Positions 19,544 to 28,834 of a stretch of DNA of 43,909 bases are shown here, piece after piece. The notes under the pieces are model-generated. The model searched no databases and was not told the origin of the DNA. It saw only the letters and a list, made by a program, of their open reading frames with translations. A program made the position numbers and the translations under genes. The stretch is from Nitrospinota bacterium (GTDB lineage: Bacteria; UBA8248). Location of the stretch: the NCBI GenBank assembly GCA_046581755.1, contig JAYGFR010000283.1, forward strand, positions 1 through 43,909. The letters are read 5' to 3'. Position 1 is the stretch's first letter. The number at the start of each line of letters is the position of its first letter.

Positions 19544-19600
19544 AGAAAACAATAAAGGGGAAAAAGGCAGCGGAAGCCCTTCTCCCCTTTATTGTTTTCT
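19544..19600. terminator. Long inverted repeat, probable bidirectional terminator between convergent genes
   Basis: AGAAAACAATAAAGGGGA (19544-19561) is the exact reverse complement of TCCCCTTTATTGTTTTCT (19583-19600), with further inner pairing. Confidence 0.75.
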
Positions 19601-19625
19601 TTCGCCGAACCAATCGGGCCGGGCG

Positions 19626-20864
19626 TTAATCCTGCTCGATCAACTCCTCGCAATAGGGCGCGCGGGTCATGTAGACCGGATCGCCATCGGTGATGAGGAT
19701 GTGATCCTCGATGCGCACCCCGGCGCCACCCGGAATTCCGGGCACGAAAATGAGCGGCTCGACGGCGAAAGTCATGCCGGGCTTGAACTCGACGCTCTTG
19801 GCTCCCGGCATCACCTCGCCGATATAGGGCGGCTCGTTGGGCGAGATGCCGCAGCCGTGGCCGATGAAGAGCTTGATGAAATTCTCCTCCAGGCCCGCCA
19901 AGCGCGCCACCTCGAGAAATTCGACCGCCGAATCGTCATTCGTGTAGCCGGGCCGCATCTTCTCGATCCCCGCCTTCAGGGACTTATAGACCGTGGTGTA
20001 GACCTTCTTTTGCATGGGGTGGGGAGGCCCCCCGGCGATCTTCGCCCGCCCGCAGTCGCCGAAGTAGCCGTTCCAGCAGGCGCCGATGTCGATGAAGACG
20101 ATATCGCCGTTGCGGATGATCTTGTCGGTGGGAAACCGCGTCGGAGGGGCCATGTGCTCCCCCGAGGCGACGAAGGGCGAGGCCAGGTGCCCGAACTCGC
20201 CCCCGTGGGTGAAGAGGGTCTTCATGGCCTCGGCGGCCACGTCGAACTCACGGACGCCCGGCTTCGCCGTTTCGAGGGCGGTGATCGTCACCGCGTCGGC
20301 GATGGCGCAGGCCTGGTGAAGGCAAGCCACCTCGTCCGGGGTCTTCTGGACCCGGCTCATGTACATGAACGTCTCCCCGTCCACGAAGGTGGCCTCGGGG
20401 AGGTACTTATCGATGGCCGCGCGCTGCATGAAGGTGTGGCCGTCGAGGCCGATGGTGCCGTTCGCAACGCCCCAGTCCTTCATCCGCTTGGCGATTTCGT
20501 CGCGCACGGTGATCTCGACCAGGCCGGGCTCCTCCAGGATGCCGATGGGAATATAGTCGTCGATCCAGGGCATGCACTCTTCGATACGGTGGGCCTCGCC
20601 CGATGACGCCATCAGGGTGGGCTGGCCCTCCTGGCGGAGGAGGACGCCGTAGGTCGTCGAGGAGCGGTACTGAATCATGATCACCCGCGCGCTCGTCAGG
20701 TAGCGGACGTTTTCGTCCTTCCAGAGAATCAGGGCGTCGATGCCGGCTTCTTTCATGGCGGTCTGGGTTTTGGCGACCCGCTCCTTCCGCATGCCTTCCA
20801 TGTCAATCCGGTGCTCCCAATCGACCATCATCCCTCCACGTGCCCAAGTGGGATAATCCGTCAT
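19626..20864 (-). CDS. M24-family Xaa-Pro peptidase / creatinase-like protein
   Basis: ENVRYLT N-domain; metal ligands in FIDIG, FGDCGR, IGHGCG, AVEP and RIEDHI. Confidence 0.88.
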   Translation of the reverse strand: MTDYPTWARGGMMVDWEHRIDMEGMRKERVAKTQTAMKEAGIDALILWKDENVRYLTSARVIMIQYRSSTTYGVLLRQEGQPTLMASSGEAHRIEECMPWIDDYIPIGILEEPGLVEITVRDEIAKRMKDWGVANGTIGLDGHTFMQRAAIDKYLPEATFVDGETFMYMSRVQKTPDEVACLHQACAIADAVTITALETAKPGVREFDVAAEAMKTLFTHGGEFGHLASPFVASGEHMAPPTRFPTDKIIRNGDIVFIDIGACWNGYFGDCGRAKIAGGPPHPMQKKVYTTVYKSLKAGIEKMRPGYTNDDSAVEFLEVARLAGLEENFIKLFIGHGCGISPNEPPYIGEVMPGAKSVEFKPGMTFAVEPLIFVPGIPGGAGVRIEDHILITDGDPVYMTRAPYCEELIEQD

Positions 20865-20963
20865 TCGGCCATTCCTCCTGTCTCGGTCGGATAAATTTCC
20901 ATATCGGATGCCGGGAGGGGTTCTCCCGGATAAAGGGTCTTGCCGGCTGGATTTCAGGGCGCG

Positions 20964-20992
20964 ACGCTAGCACCCCGGCTCCAGGGTGTCAA
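20964..20992 (-). promoter_or_regulatory. Sigma70-type promoter of the M24 peptidase gene
   Basis: Minus strand TTGACA, 17 nt spacer ending in TGc, then TAGCGT. Confidence 0.55.
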
Positions 20993-21063
20993 CAAATTCC
21001 CGCTCGCGCCAAGCCCCCGGCGGCGGTATAATAGGACATTCCACCGCCCACTCGGACGCTCTC

Positions 21064-21912
21064 ATGGGCAGGCGCCGGAACACCCCCGACTTCAAGCGCT
21101 CCAGCCGGATTCACCGGGTCAACCTCAACCCGTCGGCCGAGGAACGCGAGATCACGAAAAAACTCATCGAGCCCGGCCGCGCCGGCGCGCGCGAGGCCTA
21201 CGGCCAAAAACTGCTGAACAGCCTCTGCGCCCGGGTCCGGGTGGCTCCCGTGCGGCTCCATGTCCACGACGTGAACCAGCCCCACAAGAAACACGGCGGG
21301 CGGCTGGCCTACAAGGAATATGGCGCCTACTACCTGGACGAGGAGGTCATCCGTATCGCCAACCTGACGGCGGTGCGGGGCCAGACCGTCGCCGGAAAAA
21401 CGTTTTTCGACACCCTGATTCACGAACTCATGCACCACCTTGACCGGAAACTCCTCAAGATTCCATCCACCCCGCACAGCCCCGGCTTCTACAACCGGAT
21501 CGACGATCTCAAGCGCAGGCTCATGGACGGAGACCCGGATGCCCCCGCCGATGAAAACGGCGGCGGCGGACAGTGGGAGGCTCCTCCAAAGGGCCTGATG
21601 GCCGCCGTCGAGCGCGCGGCCCGAGAGGCCCGGGAGGCGGGGTTGAAATTGGAGGCAAAAGGCGCGGCCTCGGGCCTCACGCTCGGGGCGCGCATCCCGA
21701 GGTGGCCGCGGGATCGGGGGGGGCTATTTTCAACCGGAGAGGATTCGGGCGAAATGGCCGCCGCACCGGCGGCGGGCCGGGCCAAGTCCGGTTCAGGGCG
21801 CCGCGATGGGGGCGGGACCGAATCCGGCAAGGGAGCGCCGCCGCGCCGGGAAGCATCCGCCCCGGCCGGGGAAACCGGGGAAAACCAGTTGACCCTCGAT
21901 TTTGAAGGGTAG
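21064..21912 (+). CDS. SprT/WLM-like zinc metalloprotease-domain protein with a disordered tail and C-terminal QLTLDF motif
   Basis: DTLIHELMHHLD (21421-21435 encodes HELMH), third His in PHSPGFY, Gly/Ala/Arg low-complexity tail. Perfect TATAAT at 21027-21032 upstream of ATG 21064. Confidence 0.7.
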   Translation: MGRRRNTPDFKRSSRIHRVNLNPSAEEREITKKLIEPGRAGAREAYGQKLLNSLCARVRVAPVRLHVHDVNQPHKKHGGRLAYKEYGAYYLDEEVIRIANLTAVRGQTVAGKTFFDTLIHELMHHLDRKLLKIPSTPHSPGFYNRIDDLKRRLMDGDPDAPADENGGGGQWEAPPKGLMAAVERAAREAREAGLKLEAKGAASGLTLGARIPRWPRDRGGLFSTGEDSGEMAAAPAAGRAKSGSGRRDGGGTESGKGAPPRREASAPAGETGENQLTLDFEG

Positions 21913-22027
21913 AAAATGCCTGCCGATTATGGAAATATCCCGGTTTCGGAGTTGTTCTTTTTTTGATATGAAACGCTGAGAGAGCGAAAAACCTTGTTTC
22001 CCGCGGCTTAAAAATGGAGCGAACACG

Positions 22028-22720
22028 ATGCGGCCAGCAAATGATTTTATCCGAAAGCCGACCGGTCCCATGATGGGCATGTGGTCCTGGCAGTATCTGA
22101 ACATCTGGAAAACCATCAAAATGATCAACAGCAAGCGCGTCAAGGGGTTCTACGAAAGGTTTTCGTCGATTTTTCCTCCGGGCGAAAATTTTCCGGATAT
22201 CGAGCTAAAGGACCTGGAGGGCGCCTCGCACAAGATGTCCGATTATTTTGGCAAAAAACACCTCGTTGTGACGACCGGCGCAATCACCTGACCGCCCTAC
22301 CGGCGGCAGGTGCCGTTTTTCGAGGAATTGGCCGAGAAATACGCGGACCGCGACGTCAAGGTGTTCAACATCTACGTGCGCGAACCGCATGCCGGGGAGC
22401 GGGGCTTCCCGGACATCCAGAATCACGAAAATTACGAGCAAAAGCTCGGATACGCGAAAGAACTGGCCCGGATAAAAAGGATGAAGAACACAATCCTGTT
22501 GGATGAAATGGACCAAAAGGTCCACGAATTGCTCGGGAATCTTCCGAACTTCGTTTACCTGGTCGGAAAGGATGGGCTGGTGAAATACAAGGCCACTTGG
22601 TCCGATGCCGAGTACGTGGAACAACACCTGGCCGAGTTGGTCAACGGCGATCCCGCCTTCGCGGACATGCCGAAAATGGAGCAAACCATCTTCACCAGCC
22701 ATGCCACGACCGACATATAA
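22028..22720 (+). CDS. Deiodinase-like (thioredoxin/peroxiredoxin-fold) selenoprotein, Sec at TGA 22289-22291, 230 aa
   Basis: ORFs 22028..22291 and 22310..22720 are in the same frame. Read-through gives FPDIELKDLEG...LVVTTGAIT-U-PPYRRQ...FNIYVREPH...LLDEMD...LPNFVYLVGKDG, matching the deiodinase GSxTUPPF / YIxEAH motifs. Confidence 0.88.
22302..22317 (+). promoter_or_regulatory. Bacterial SECIS hairpin
   Basis: GGCGGC-AGGU-GCCGUU stem-loop starting at +11 after the UGA. The GCAGGU apical sequence and the spacing resemble the E. coli fdhF SECIS. Confidence 0.75.
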
Positions 22721-22743
22721 TACCGGCTCCGACCCGCAATTCC

Positions 22744-22773
22744 CGCGCCCCCGGCCTCCGGGAGCGCGTTTTT
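22744..22773 (+). terminator. Intrinsic terminator after the selenoprotein gene
   Basis: CGCGC-CCCCGG-CCT-CCGGGA-GCGCG hairpin followed by TTTTT. Confidence 0.7.
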
Positions 22774-23773
22774 ATTGGAGGGCGGGGATGGTGGCGATGC
22801 CCTGGAGGACTTCCGCTTCATCCATCTCGTCCGGCAGCCGGAGGATGGGATGCGTCACCCCGGCCTGGCGAAGACGCTCCAGCCCCTCCCGGCACCGATC
22901 CACGGGGCCGCAAAGCGCCAGATCGTCCACCAGATTGTCCGGCACCGCCCTGGCCACGGCCTCCCGGCCGCCATCCTTCCAGGCGCCGCGAATCCGGTCC
23001 GCCTCGTCCCCATAGCCCCACCGGGTAAGCTGGCCATGGTAATAGTCCCCCATCGCCCCCACATAAAAACCGATGATTGGCCTCAAAAGGTCCCGGGCCC
23101 GGCCCGTGTCCTCGTTCGGGGAATACAGGACAAACGGAGCGGTATCGATCTCCGGCGCGGGTCTTTGGCCTCTCCGGGCTCCCTCCTCCAGGATCGCATT
23201 GGCCTCTTCAAACCTCGAAAAGGGAATGAGAAATGGAATCCACCCGTCGGCCACCTCTCCCGCCAGCCGGGTATTGGCCGGCCCGTTGGCGGCCAGATAA
23301 ACGGGCATTTTTTTCTGAACCGGCCGTTGGCGAAGCCGGAACCCCTCCATCTTCACCATCTGGCCCGCGAAATTCACCCGCGCTCCCTCGAAGGCCTGCC
23401 GGAGAACGGAAATGACTTCCCGGGTGCGGACCAGCGGGCGGTCGAAGGACTGGGAATGCCAATTTTCGATAACTGCCCTGCCGCTCACGCCAATGCCCAG
23501 GGTGAACCTTCCCCCCGATAGAACGTCCAGTTCGGATGCGGTCTGGGCGAGTTGGCCGGGGCTTCGGCTATAAATGTTGAAAATACCCGATGCGATGCGG
23601 ATTCTCTCCGTCGAATAGGCCGAGATCGCCAGCTGGACGCTGGCATCCCGAACCCAGGTTTCGGGAATCCACAACGTATCCATCCCAGCATCCTCCGCGC
23701 CGCGGGCGAAACGCACCAATTCATCGGTCTTGATCTGATCATGGCGCCAAAGGACGATGCTGGTCCGGCTCAC
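22772..23773 (-). CDS. LLM-class (luciferase-like, probably F420-dependent) oxidoreductase
   Basis: WIPETWVRDA, STERIRIASGIFNIYSRSP, LDVLSGGRFTLGIGVS, VYLAANGP, AGEVADGW. GTG start after a GGGAGG RBS. Confidence 0.88.
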   Translation of the reverse strand: MSRTSIVLWRHDQIKTDELVRFARGAEDAGMDTLWIPETWVRDASVQLAISAYSTERIRIASGIFNIYSRSPGQLAQTASELDVLSGGRFTLGIGVSGRAVIENWHSQSFDRPLVRTREVISVLRQAFEGARVNFAGQMVKMEGFRLRQRPVQKKMPVYLAANGPANTRLAGEVADGWIPFLIPFSRFEEANAILEEGARRGQRPAPEIDTAPFVLYSPNEDTGRARDLLRPIIGFYVGAMGDYYHGQLTRWGYGDEADRIRGAWKDGGREAVARAVPDNLVDDLALCGPVDRCREGLERLRQAGVTHPILRLPDEMDEAEVLQGIATIPALQ

Positions 23774-23865
23774 GGGGTATCCTCCCGTCCACCGGGCGCG
23801 TCCGTTGCGCCCCCGAAAATCCTCAAATCTCCCATAATGCAAATATCTCCATGATTTTTCTCGCC

Positions 23866-23894
23866 TTGACACACCGGACCGGCTCACCTATAAA
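23866..23894 (+). promoter_or_regulatory. Near-consensus sigma70 promoter of the DEAD-box helicase
   Basis: TTGACA (23866-23871), 17 nt spacer, TATAAA (23889-23894). Confidence 0.7.
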
Positions 23895-24026
23895 CAGCCG
23901 CGTGAGGAATATTGAGTCTATACTGGCACAATTCACCCATTATGAATCCCCTGGCAACCCGCCTTTCATTTTCAGCCAGTTCCTCATTTGTCTCCACCCC
24001 AACCGTTTTTCGAAGGATATCGCATT

Positions 24027-25571
24027 TTGACCATCTCCCACGATACCGGCGCCTCGGGCAGCCAACCCTCCCGCCCATCCGATGAAGGCCCGAAGAAAAA
24101 ATCCGCGTCATCCGCCAACCGGCGAAAAAAACGCCGCCGGCCGCCCTCCGGCGGAAAGAGCGGCGCGGGAAGTTCCGATCGGAGTAAATCCCCTTCCGGG
24201 AAAATAAGCCAATCCGGTTCGCGGCGTCCCGGCCAGAAGGACCATTTCAGGCCACCTCCCGCAACTGTGCCTCCCCCCATCGATCCGGCGGATTTACCTC
24301 CCATCAAGACGATTGGGGAATTCGACGATTCCATCATGTCCGAGGGTTTCCGCTCGCTGAATCTCCTCCCGCAGTTGCTGCACGGGGTGAACGACTTCGG
24401 GTACCAGGAACCCACCCCCATACAGATGGAGGCCATTCCGCTGGCGCTCGAGGGGCACGATCTCACCGGATGCGCACAGACGGGCACCGGCAAAACGGCG
24501 GCGTTCGCCCTTCCGGCCCTCCAAAAAATGGTGGGGGGCAGCGGAACCCGGGTGCTCGCGCTCACGCCGACCCGCGAGCTCGCCATCCAGGTGTCCGAAC
24601 AGTTTGTAAAGCTTGGCAAATACCTGACGACCCGCGTCGCCCTCGTATACGGAGGCGTCGATTATGAGCCCCAGACCGAGGCCCTCACTACGGGTGCGGA
24701 TATTGTCGTGGCCACCCCGGGCCGTCTTTTGGACCACATGAGAAGAAAAACGGCGAATTTCCGCTATCTGGAAATCTTGATCCTGGACGAAGCCGACCGG
24801 ATGCTCGACATGGGCTTCGCCGAGGAAATCAACGATATTCTCAACCGCCTTCCCGAAAACCGCCAGACCATGCTTTTTTCGGCGACGATTCCTCCTACTA
24901 TCCAGAACCTCGCGAGGAAGGCGCTCCGCTCTCCCGTGGAAATTTCCATATCTCCCCCATCGACTCCAGCCGTCGGGATTTTTCATGGCGTATATCCGAT
25001 CAGCGCGATGAACAAGCCAAGGGCGGTTCTTGAAATCCTCAAATCCGAAATTGCCAAATCCGTACTCATCTTCACCCGGACCAAGGCCGGTGTGGACCAG
25101 CTTTGCAGCGCTCTGGAGCGGGCGGATATTTCCGTCGCGCGCATCCATTCGGACCGGAGTCAGCACCAGCGGGAAAAAGCCCTCAGCGGTTTTCGGAATG
25201 GAGACCACAGGGTCCTGGTCGCGACCGACATCGTCGCCAGGGGGATCGATGTGACGGAAATTTCACACGTTATCAATTTCGACGCCCCGGAGTATCCCGA
25301 GGATTACGTTCACCGGGCGGGCCGGACCGCCAGGGCCGGACTCATCGGATACGCTTTCACGCTCATGGCGCCCGCTGAGATCATGCTCGTCAAAAATATC
25401 GAGCGGTTCGTCGGCAAGGCAATTCCCCGCGTCTCCCTCCCCGGCTTGGCGGATGATGTTCACCAAACCAACCTCGAGCAAGATCCCAAGCCCCTCAAGA
25501 ACCAGCCAGCCGTGGCGCGATACAACCGCAGGCGGAAAATGACCCGCCGCACAGGTTTGTCGCTGCGATAA
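24027..25571 (+). CDS. DEAD-box ATP-dependent RNA helicase (RhlE-like) with a basic N-terminal extension
   Basis: Q motif PTPIQ, AQTGTGKT, PTRELA, TPGRLLD, DEAD, SAT, ARGID, HRAGRTAR. TTG 24027 follows GAAGGA (start uncertain). Confidence 0.93.
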   Translation: MTISHDTGASGSQPSRPSDEGPKKKSASSANRRKKRRRPPSGGKSGAGSSDRSKSPSGKISQSGSRRPGQKDHFRPPPATVPPPIDPADLPPIKTIGEFDDSIMSEGFRSLNLLPQLLHGVNDFGYQEPTPIQMEAIPLALEGHDLTGCAQTGTGKTAAFALPALQKMVGGSGTRVLALTPTRELAIQVSEQFVKLGKYLTTRVALVYGGVDYEPQTEALTTGADIVVATPGRLLDHMRRKTANFRYLEILILDEADRMLDMGFAEEINDILNRLPENRQTMLFSATIPPTIQNLARKALRSPVEISISPPSTPAVGIFHGVYPISAMNKPRAVLEILKSEIAKSVLIFTRTKAGVDQLCSALERADISVARIHSDRSQHQREKALSGFRNGDHRVLVATDIVARGIDVTEISHVINFDAPEYPEDYVHRAGRTARAGLIGYAFTLMAPAEIMLVKNIERFVGKAIPRVSLPGLADDVHQTNLEQDPKPLKNQPAVARYNRRRKMTRRTGLSLR

Positions 25572-25939
25572 ATGATTTTTCATTTCCCCGGGGTCTGGTA
25601 TAAACGGCATCCATTGAATCATTGGAACCCATGTGATTCACCGGACGGCGGCGGGATCGGCATGTCCGAGCCTGAAGATTGTCCGCCCGCGGCTGTGCCA
25701 TTTTCGCTCACCAACCGCTGCTTGTTTTTTATATTCAAAAGGATACCCATTCCTTTTTCAACCGGCGCCGAAGTGCGCCAGCTGGATGGATTGACTCCGG
25801 GCGATGGCGGGAGCTGTTCGATTCTGAACAAAATTAAACTTCTTCCCGGCGGCGGCCGGGCCACGCGTGATCGGGCGGCCCCGGAATGTGACACAAGACA
25901 ATTTTCAAAAAAAATCTCAAAAAAAAGTAACAAATCTTG

Positions 25940-25968
25940 TTGACGTTCTAATAGGGCTGGGATAGATT
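25940..25968 (+). promoter_or_regulatory. Sigma70 promoter of the HU gene with upstream A-tracts
   Basis: TTGACG, 17 nt spacer, TAGATT. A-tracts at about 25907-25926 resemble an UP element. Confidence 0.6.
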
Positions 25969-26043
25969 CGTTTGTCTGGAATAATTCAATAAGCACCACA
26001 TCGTCTTCTTCTTCTGGCTTTCGGCCACGGGGGGATTTTATTC

Positions 26044-26316
26044 ATGCAGAAGTCTGACCTGATCGGAAAAATTGCTAACGATGCCGGGATTTCGAAAGCC
26101 GCCGCCAACCGCGCCCTGAGCTCCCTCTTCAGCAACATCACCAAGACGCTGAAAAAAGGCGACCGAATTTCCCTCGTGGGATTCGGAACCTTCTCCATCT
26201 CTAAGAGGGCCGCCCGAATCGGACGCAACCCCCAGACCGGCGCGGAGATAAAAATCAAAGCCACAAAGGTTCCAAAGTTTTCCGCAGGAAAATCGCTGAA
26301 AGAAGCTGTCAGATAA
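26044..26316 (+). CDS. hup: DNA-binding protein HU
   Basis: [45 protein letters not shown]. 90 aa. Confidence 0.96.
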   Translation: MQKSDLIGKIANDAGISKAAANRALSSLFSNITKTLKKGDRISLVGFGTFSISKRAARIGRNPQTGAEIKIKATKVPKFSAGKSLKEAVR

Positions 26317-26391
26317 TCAACGGGCCATCCGGTAGAAAGCGGCGCATTTGCCGCACGAAAAACCCCATCGTTGCGCCTGAAGGGCGCCCTC

Positions 26392-27501
26392 TCAGGACCC
26401 CCCGCCGGAGAGGAGAATTTGCGCCAGAGCCTCGATGAGCCGGGCGTTTTCCTCCGGAACCCCAACGGTGACGCGGATCCATTCGGGACACCCGAAAGCG
26501 CCGCCGGGACGAACGATGAGCCCTCTTCTCGCGAGCGCCTCGGTGGCGCCGTCTCCGTCGCCGATCCGGACGAACACGAAATTCGCCTGGCTCTCGATAA
26601 ATTCGAGGCCCATCTCCTCGAAGGTAGCGGTATACCGCTTCCGCTCCCTGGCTACCTCCCGGATGATACGCGCGCGGAATTCATCATCCCCCAAAGCGGC
26701 CGCCGCCGCTGATTGTGCCAGCTGGTTCACGTTGAACGGCTCCCGCACCCGGTCCATATAACCGATCAGCCCACTGTCCCCGATCCCGAACCCCACCCGG
26801 AGCCCGGCGAGCCCGTAAATTTTCGAAAACGAGCGTAAAACGATGAGCGGAAACCGGTGGATGAGCGCCAGGCTGTCCGGCCAGGCCGGGTCCTCGACGA
26901 AATCGCCATAGGCCTCATCGAGCAGGACGAGAATCCCCTCGGGCAAATTTTCCAGGAACGCCAATAGATCGGCTTCGGGGATAATCGTCCCGGTGGGATT
27001 ATTCGGGCTGCACAGAAAAACCAGCTTCGTCCGTTCGCCCGCCCTAGAGAGCACATCCTCGAGATCAATCCGGAAATCCCGCAGCGGGCTGAACACGATC
27101 CGGGCGCCCATCACCCGGCTGACGTGGGCGTAGGGGCTGAAAGTCGGCCGGGGGATGATGACCTCATCCCCCTCGTTCAGGAAGGTCCGGGCCAGCACGG
27201 ACAGAACGTCGTCCCCGCCGTTTCCGGCGAAAATATCGCCCTCCGCCACCCCCAGCTTTTGGGCCAGGCGCTCGCGCAGGACACTCGCCCCTCCGTCGGG
27301 ATACCTGTGAAGGCCCTCCAGAACGCCCTGGATAGCCCGGAGAGCAGCGGGAGAGGGTCCCCAAGCATTTTCGTTGCTCGCAAGCTTGAAAACCTCGCTC
27401 AGGCCGTATTTTTTCGCTACCTCATCAATCCCCCGGCCCGGAACATAGGCCTGGAGCGAATCGATACCGCGCCGGAGAAACTGCTCCGCCCGAAAAGCCA
27501 T
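26392..27501 (-). CDS. hisC: Histidinol-phosphate aminotransferase
   Basis: KLASNENAWGPSP, RYPD, GNGGDD, CSPNNPTG, DEAY, RSFSKIYGLAGLRVG, PFNVN. Confidence 0.92.
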   Translation of the reverse strand: MAFRAEQFLRRGIDSLQAYVPGRGIDEVAKKYGLSEVFKLASNENAWGPSPAALRAIQGVLEGLHRYPDGGASVLRERLAQKLGVAEGDIFAGNGGDDVLSVLARTFLNEGDEVIIPRPTFSPYAHVSRVMGARIVFSPLRDFRIDLEDVLSRAGERTKLVFLCSPNNPTGTIIPEADLLAFLENLPEGILVLLDEAYGDFVEDPAWPDSLALIHRFPLIVLRSFSKIYGLAGLRVGFGIGDSGLIGYMDRVREPFNVNQLAQSAAAAALGDDEFRARIIREVARERKRYTATFEEMGLEFIESQANFVFVRIGDGDGATEALARRGLIVRPGGAFGCPEWIRVTVGVPEENARLIEALAQILLSGGGS

Positions 27502-28072
27502 ATTCCAGATATCTCCTCAAAAAACAAAATTTCGTTGGCGGAGGCGGCCCCTTGGATCGCCCCGAGGGAATCCATATGGGATTTCGGGTGAAATATCAAT
27601 GGAGAACCCGGTCCAGCCTAGACTCCCCCCAACGGCGGACACGCCGGGAGCGGTCGGGCCATTGAGCTTAAAATCCCCGGTTCCGCATTTTCCAAACTTT
27701 TCCCCAGATTATGCCAAATCCGCCCCAAAAAGTACCCGGCATTTTTGTGGGGGTCGGGAGCGCGGGGACTCGGTCCTGACCGGTCATGTCTATCCCACAT
27801 GAGCATGAGGGTGTCAGCGAAGGAAAACCGGTCCATGGGAGACGCCTGTCCGCGAAATACCCATTGCGTAAAATGCACCTGTACCGGATTGTCTCCCGGG
27901 AGTGGAGGCGGGTTGTTGGGGACAAGAGCCGATCGCCTGGAAAGAATCGTAGCGTGAAACGGCCAATGGAGGCTACAATGCCTCTACTCAGTAACCAAAT
28001 GAAAAATGCCGGATTGTTCAGGCTCACGCCAATCGATTGCGTTTCGGTTTTTCTCCCGGAGGATGGCGCGCC

Positions 28073-28531
28073 ATGCGCATGAGGTCAAAGGTACTTGCAC
28101 TTTTCTTTATCATTGCGATCCCGCTCGTTCTCTCCTCATGCAGCACTATGGGCCCGGACGCTAAATTGCCGCCCAACAAGGTTCTGTATGCAAAGATTAC
28201 CGAGGTGGGGCGCGCCATAGGCATGCCCCTCGTCTACGAGGACAAAAAAGAAGGCTTGTTCATCTTTCGCTTCGGGACAGGCAGGTCCGATGGCAGGTTC
28301 GTCTGGTATGCAAAGCGGGCCGGAAACGGCTTGGCGGTCGATGACCCGGCAACGCTCAGGGGAAAGCGGGGAATGTGCGGCCTGAATACAGAGCGGGTGC
28401 CTCAAATGCAGGAAGAATTCAAGCGGCGCTTCTTGGCCTTGGCCGGGCCAATTCGCCTGAGGGCGCCCGGCAAAACCCATTCGGTTAAGAAAATGATGGA
28501 TGCCATCTCCGCATCGCGCAAGAAAAAATGA
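28073..28531 (+). CDS. Hypothetical lipoprotein
   Basis: GGAGG RBS; basic N-terminus, hydrophobic core and LSS-C lipobox (MRMRSKVLALFFIIAIPLVLSSC). Confidence 0.65.
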   Translation: MRMRSKVLALFFIIAIPLVLSSCSTMGPDAKLPPNKVLYAKITEVGRAIGMPLVYEDKKEGLFIFRFGTGRSDGRFVWYAKRAGNGLAVDDPATLRGKRGMCGLNTERVPQMQEEFKRRFLALAGPIRLRAPGKTHSVKKMMDAISASRKKK

Positions 28532-28834
28532 TGCGTCATTCATGCCATCGCATGAAGATAAAATAGAACTGCATGAATGGTTCCAGATGGGAGAATGATT
28601 CCATATCTCCCCATCGCCCGTTTGCCGCGGCCCCGACCCACGGAATCATCCCCCCGAATCGCCTATTCTCCCACTGCCGCGAACCTCCGCGTATTTCCGG
28701 TTGCCCGAATTTCATCGATCGGATGTATGTTTTACGAGCCAAGCGGATGCTCCGCCGGCGGATACGGAAGCCCCGCCTGCCGAGAAGGGTTTCGGGGGAT
28801 TTTGGGAGTTTGCGAGTGATCGTTTACTACCTAA

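Noticed and set aside
434..19629. Many long alternative-frame or antisense ORFs (e.g. 434..1549, 4483..5490, 6677..7834, 9259..10425, 11617..12831, 17076..18287, 18007..19629)
   Set aside because: They overlap well-supported genes, have Arg/Gly/Pro-rich composition without motifs, and are expected shadows in high-GC DNA.
16153..22291. Genome-wide reassignment of TGA to Trp or Gly to explain the two in-frame TGAs
   Set aside because: TGA is a real stop in many genes here (larE, larB and larC overlaps, dapL, the Cfa N-domain gene), and TGG is used for Trp.
27600..28030. Known riboswitch, tRNA or small CDS in the hisC-lipoprotein spacer
   Set aside because: I recognise no consensus, and the short ORFs lack motifs and clear RBSs. 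Left as unexplained.
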